From Chitinophaga pinensis (lineage in GTDB: Bacteria > Bacteroidota > Bacteroidia > AKYH767-A > OLB10), in NCBI GenBank assembly GCA_943332105.1, contig CALQOD010000001.1, positions 79,014-143,013 of the forward strand: DNA of 64,000 bases, written 5' to 3'. Position 1 is the first letter of the stretch. Each line of letters opens with the position of its first letter. Shown here piece after piece: positions 61,698-64,000 of the stretch. The position numbers and the translations under genes were made by a program. A model generated the notes under the pieces. That model had not been told where the DNA came from. It saw nothing but the letters and a program-made list of their open reading frames with translations, and ran no database searches.

Positions 61698-62204
61698 ATG
61701 ATAAAAATCCTTTTACTATCTGACACCCATGGATTCCTGGATGATGCGATACTATCACACATTGCCAATGCTGATGAAGTTTGGCATGCGGGAGATATAG
61801 GAACTATTGAATTAACAGACCGTATTTCTAAATTAAAACCTTTGCGTGCTGTTTATGGTAACATTGATGGACATATACTTCGTTCAGCATTTCCGTTGGA
61901 TTTATTTTTTACTTGTGAGGGATTAAAAGTTTTTATTACTCATATTGGCGGATATCCCACTCGTTATTCAAAAGGAATTAAAGAAAAATTATTGATGCAT
62001 AAACCAGATTTATTTATCTGCGGGCATAGTCATATCTTGAAAGTTATCCGAGATCAGCAATTGGGATTATTACATATAAATCCGGGTGCAGCTGGCGTGC
62101 ATGGCTTTCACAAAATGAGAACCATGATCCGCTTTGAAATCAATAATGGAAAAATGGAAAATGTAGAAGTAATTGAACTCGGGCTTAGAGGATCTTTAGC
62201 GTAA
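61698..62204 (+). CDS. Metallophosphoesterase (YfcE-like)
   Basis: Calcineurin-like motifs (LLLSDTHG, GDIG, GHSH, GNID). Confidence 0.75.
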   Translation: MIKILLLSDTHGFLDDAILSHIANADEVWHAGDIGTIELTDRISKLKPLRAVYGNIDGHILRSAFPLDLFFTCEGLKVFITHIGGYPTRYSKGIKEKLLMHKPDLFICGHSHILKVIRDQQLGLLHINPGAAGVHGFHKMRTMIRFEINNGKMENVEVIELGLRGSLA

Positions 62205-62702
62205 ACGATCAGCAGAACGTACCAATGCCTCATCTTTTTTTATCGCGCGAAGCGCCAATAAAATAAAAACAGGAATAAGAACTACTATTGTTGTAAAAGG
62301 ATAGATTTTGAATTGATATCCTGCACCGGCCATTGTGCGTAAAGCATTAATTCCTGATAAAAACAGTCCAACCCATGCAAGTGATAAGATTAACATGATT
62401 TTACATAGCGCCATTTGCTTTTTACGAGAGTTAAACATCCAAGCCGTAAACAGAGCTAAAAAACCAATAAAAATCAGTACTAAACCTAAAGAGGTAGAAC
62501 TAGAAATTTCGGAAGTGATTCCTTTATCAGTGCTAATAAATTTCCATACAGTTGAGGTAAACAAAGCTGTATTTGTTGCTGTTTCTCCCGGCGCCAATTC
62601 GTACAATTTAACCGATGAAACGGTGAAAGAAACTGCTGCTATTAGGGCCAAATAAAGCGATTGGATTCTTTGTATCATGTGGGCTAAATTATCTAAAATC
62701 AT
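62196..62702 (-). CDS. DUF4293-like integral membrane protein
   Basis: 168 aa with four or five TM helices and no catalytic motifs. Confidence 0.4.
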   Translation of the reverse strand: MILDNLAHMIQRIQSLYLALIAAVSFTVSSVKLYELAPGETATNTALFTSTVWKFISTDKGITSEISSSTSLGLVLIFIGFLALFTAWMFNSRKKQMALCKIMLILSLAWVGLFLSGINALRTMAGAGYQFKIYPFTTIVVLIPVFILLALRAIKKDEALVRSADRLR

Positions 62703-62936
62703 TTAATCCTAAGTACAGTAATTTATGGGATGTTAATAAAAAACAAGCGATTTCTTATAAATAATAGTTTGTTTTAAAATAAAAAGACGTATTATTGTGC
62801 TGTAATTGCATCAAATGCAATTTTTGTTCTGTCCTAACTTCGAATTGTCGAAGAAGTCGCAACTCCCAACTTATCTCATTTAAAAATTGTAACGCTTGAG
62901 AGCGTAAATGTTTTTACAAATCCTTAAAGAAATAAT

Positions 62937-64000
62937 ATGTTTGACATCATTCAATTGAATGAAAAGCTATTGCCTGAACTGAAAGAACTGGCAAAAAAAT
63001 TAAAAATTGAAGCTTTTGAAAATTTAAAAAAACAAGATTTAGTTTACAAAATACTAGACCATCAAGCCTTACATCCAACTATCGATTATGCAGGATTAGG
63101 TATTGATGCACCTGAAAGAGCAGAATCATCGAAGCCTGTGAAAGCTAAGAAAACAGCTATTGCCAAAGAAGAGTCAGAGGTTAAAAAACCAAAAGCTGTG
63201 AAAGAGGAGAAAATAGAAGCAGCGCCTGAAAAAACGTATGCTCCTGTGCAAGCACGTACATCTAACGATAATAACGACGGGCGACCAAAGCGACAACGAA
63301 TAATTCCTGGTAATACAGAAGGAGAAGAAATTAAACCTGCACCTGTAAAAAAAGATGTAGTTGAAATGCCAGCTTCAGTAGAAGCATCCGCTAGTACTAT
63401 TGTTCCATCACAAGAAGTAAAAGAAGTAAAGGAACAAACAGCACCAAGAACTGCTCACGAACAGCAAAAGCCAAATTACCCTCAACGAGAATTTCAAAAC
63501 AAACGACCTATTCAAAACCAAGACCCTGTATTTGATTTTGGCGGGAATATACAAACCGAAGGTGTACTAGAATTAATGCCAGAAGGTTTTGGATTTTTAC
63601 GTTCATCGGACTACAACTATTTACCATCGCCAGATGATGTTTTTGTAGCACAAAATCATATTAAGCAATACGGATTAAAAACAGGTGATACTATTCGTTG
63701 TGCGGTAAGGCCTCCCCGTGAGGGCGAAAAATATTTTCCACTAACGAAAATAGAAACCATCAACGGACAATCACCAGAGATTATTCGTGATCGTGTACCA
63801 TTTGATTTCTTAACGCCATTATTTGCACATGAGAAGTTTAATTTAATTCATGCTCCTTTGAATTACTCAACACGAGTAATGGATTTATTTACTCCTATTG
63901 GAAAAGGGCAACGAGGATTAATTGTAGCGCAACCCAAGACAGGTAAAACAGTTTTGTTAAAAGAAGTAGCAAATGCAATTGCATCAAATCATCCAGAAGT
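62937..64000 (+). CDS. rho: Transcription termination factor Rho (5' portion; long low-complexity N-terminal insertion; truncated by window end)
   Basis: [22 protein letters not shown] (Rho N-terminal domain). An approximately 150-aa K/E/P-rich insertion. The OB-fold motif ([13 protein letters not shown]) and the start of Walker A ([15 protein letters not shown]) are present. There is no stop codon within the window. Confidence 0.85.
   Translation, partial: MFDIIQLNEKLLPELKELAKKLKIEAFENLKKQDLVYKILDHQALHPTIDYAGLGIDAPERAESSKPVKAKKTAIAKEESEVKKPKAVKEEKIEAAPEKTYAPVQARTSNDNNDGRPKRQRIIPGNTEGEEIKPAPVKKDVVEMPASVEASASTIVPSQEVKEVKEQTAPRTAHEQQKPNYPQREFQNKRPIQNQDPVFDFGGNIQTEGVLELMPEGFGFLRSSDYNYLPSPDDVFVAQNHIKQYGLKTGDTIRCAVRPPREGEKYFPLTKIETINGQSPEIIRDRVPFDFLTPLFAHEKFNLIHAPLNYSTRVMDLFTPIGKGQRGLIVAQPKTGKTVLLKEVANAIASNHPE

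Noticed and set aside
1-64000. Mobile elements, integrases, restriction-modification genes or other classical defence-island content.
   Set aside because: No transposase, integrase, REase, MTase, helicase-nuclease or abortive-infection-like ORFs were recognised. The accessory-like part of the window is the polysaccharide locus, not a defence island.

Overview
The window is a 64-kb stretch of Bacteroidetes-type chromosome (low GC; one protein ends in a type IX secretion C-terminal sorting domain, and rho carries the long N-terminal insertion typical of the phylum). I found no rRNA, tRNA, CRISPR array, transposase, integrase or recognisable defence genes. The content, in order:
- A partial mazG on the minus strand at the left edge.
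- A PagL-like outer-membrane beta-barrel, a DUF2807/GIN lipoprotein, an ABC-F ATPase, a secreted hypothetical protein, apaG, a TrmH/RlmB-type methyltransferase, an Omp85 (BamA/TamA) protein and a hybrid histidine kinase/response regulator.
- A minus-strand partial phenylacetate catabolic operon in the order paaA-B-C-D-G-H-I-J, with no paaE, paaK or paaZ in the window.
- A roughly 21.5-kb, 19-gene, tightly coupled Wzx/Wzy-type polysaccharide locus (17.3-38.8 kb):
  - export and polymerisation genes wza, wzc, wzx and wzy;
  - four GT4 glycosyltransferases, two class I methyltransferases and an AsnB-like amidotransferase;
  - two Pol-beta-superfamily nucleotidyltransferase-fold genes flanking a formyltransferase-like/beta-propeller gene;
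  - at the distal end, a fused Zn-dehydrogenase/Gfo-Idh-MocA oxidoreductase, an alpha-toroid-like protein and a DUF354 protein.
- Housekeeping genes on the minus strand: a NifS-like cysteine desulfurase, glmM and ribBA.
- A 450-bp structured intergenic region upstream of ribBA that carries an array of CCCCGTAAGG hairpin repeats.
- Homogentisate-pathway genes (an FAH-family hydrolase and hmgA), a 1519-aa T9SS cargo protein with five MAM-like/choice-of-anchor modules, pyrC, a BatA-domain protein, a lipid-modification cluster (LtaS-like sulfatase, lipid kinase, TPMT-like methyltransferase, NlpC/P60), batD, a batE-like gene, a metallophosphoesterase, a DUF4293 membrane protein and the 5' part of rho.

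The most unusual items are the hairpin-repeat array in the ribBA leader and the nucleotidyltransferase-fold gene pair embedded in the polysaccharide operon.
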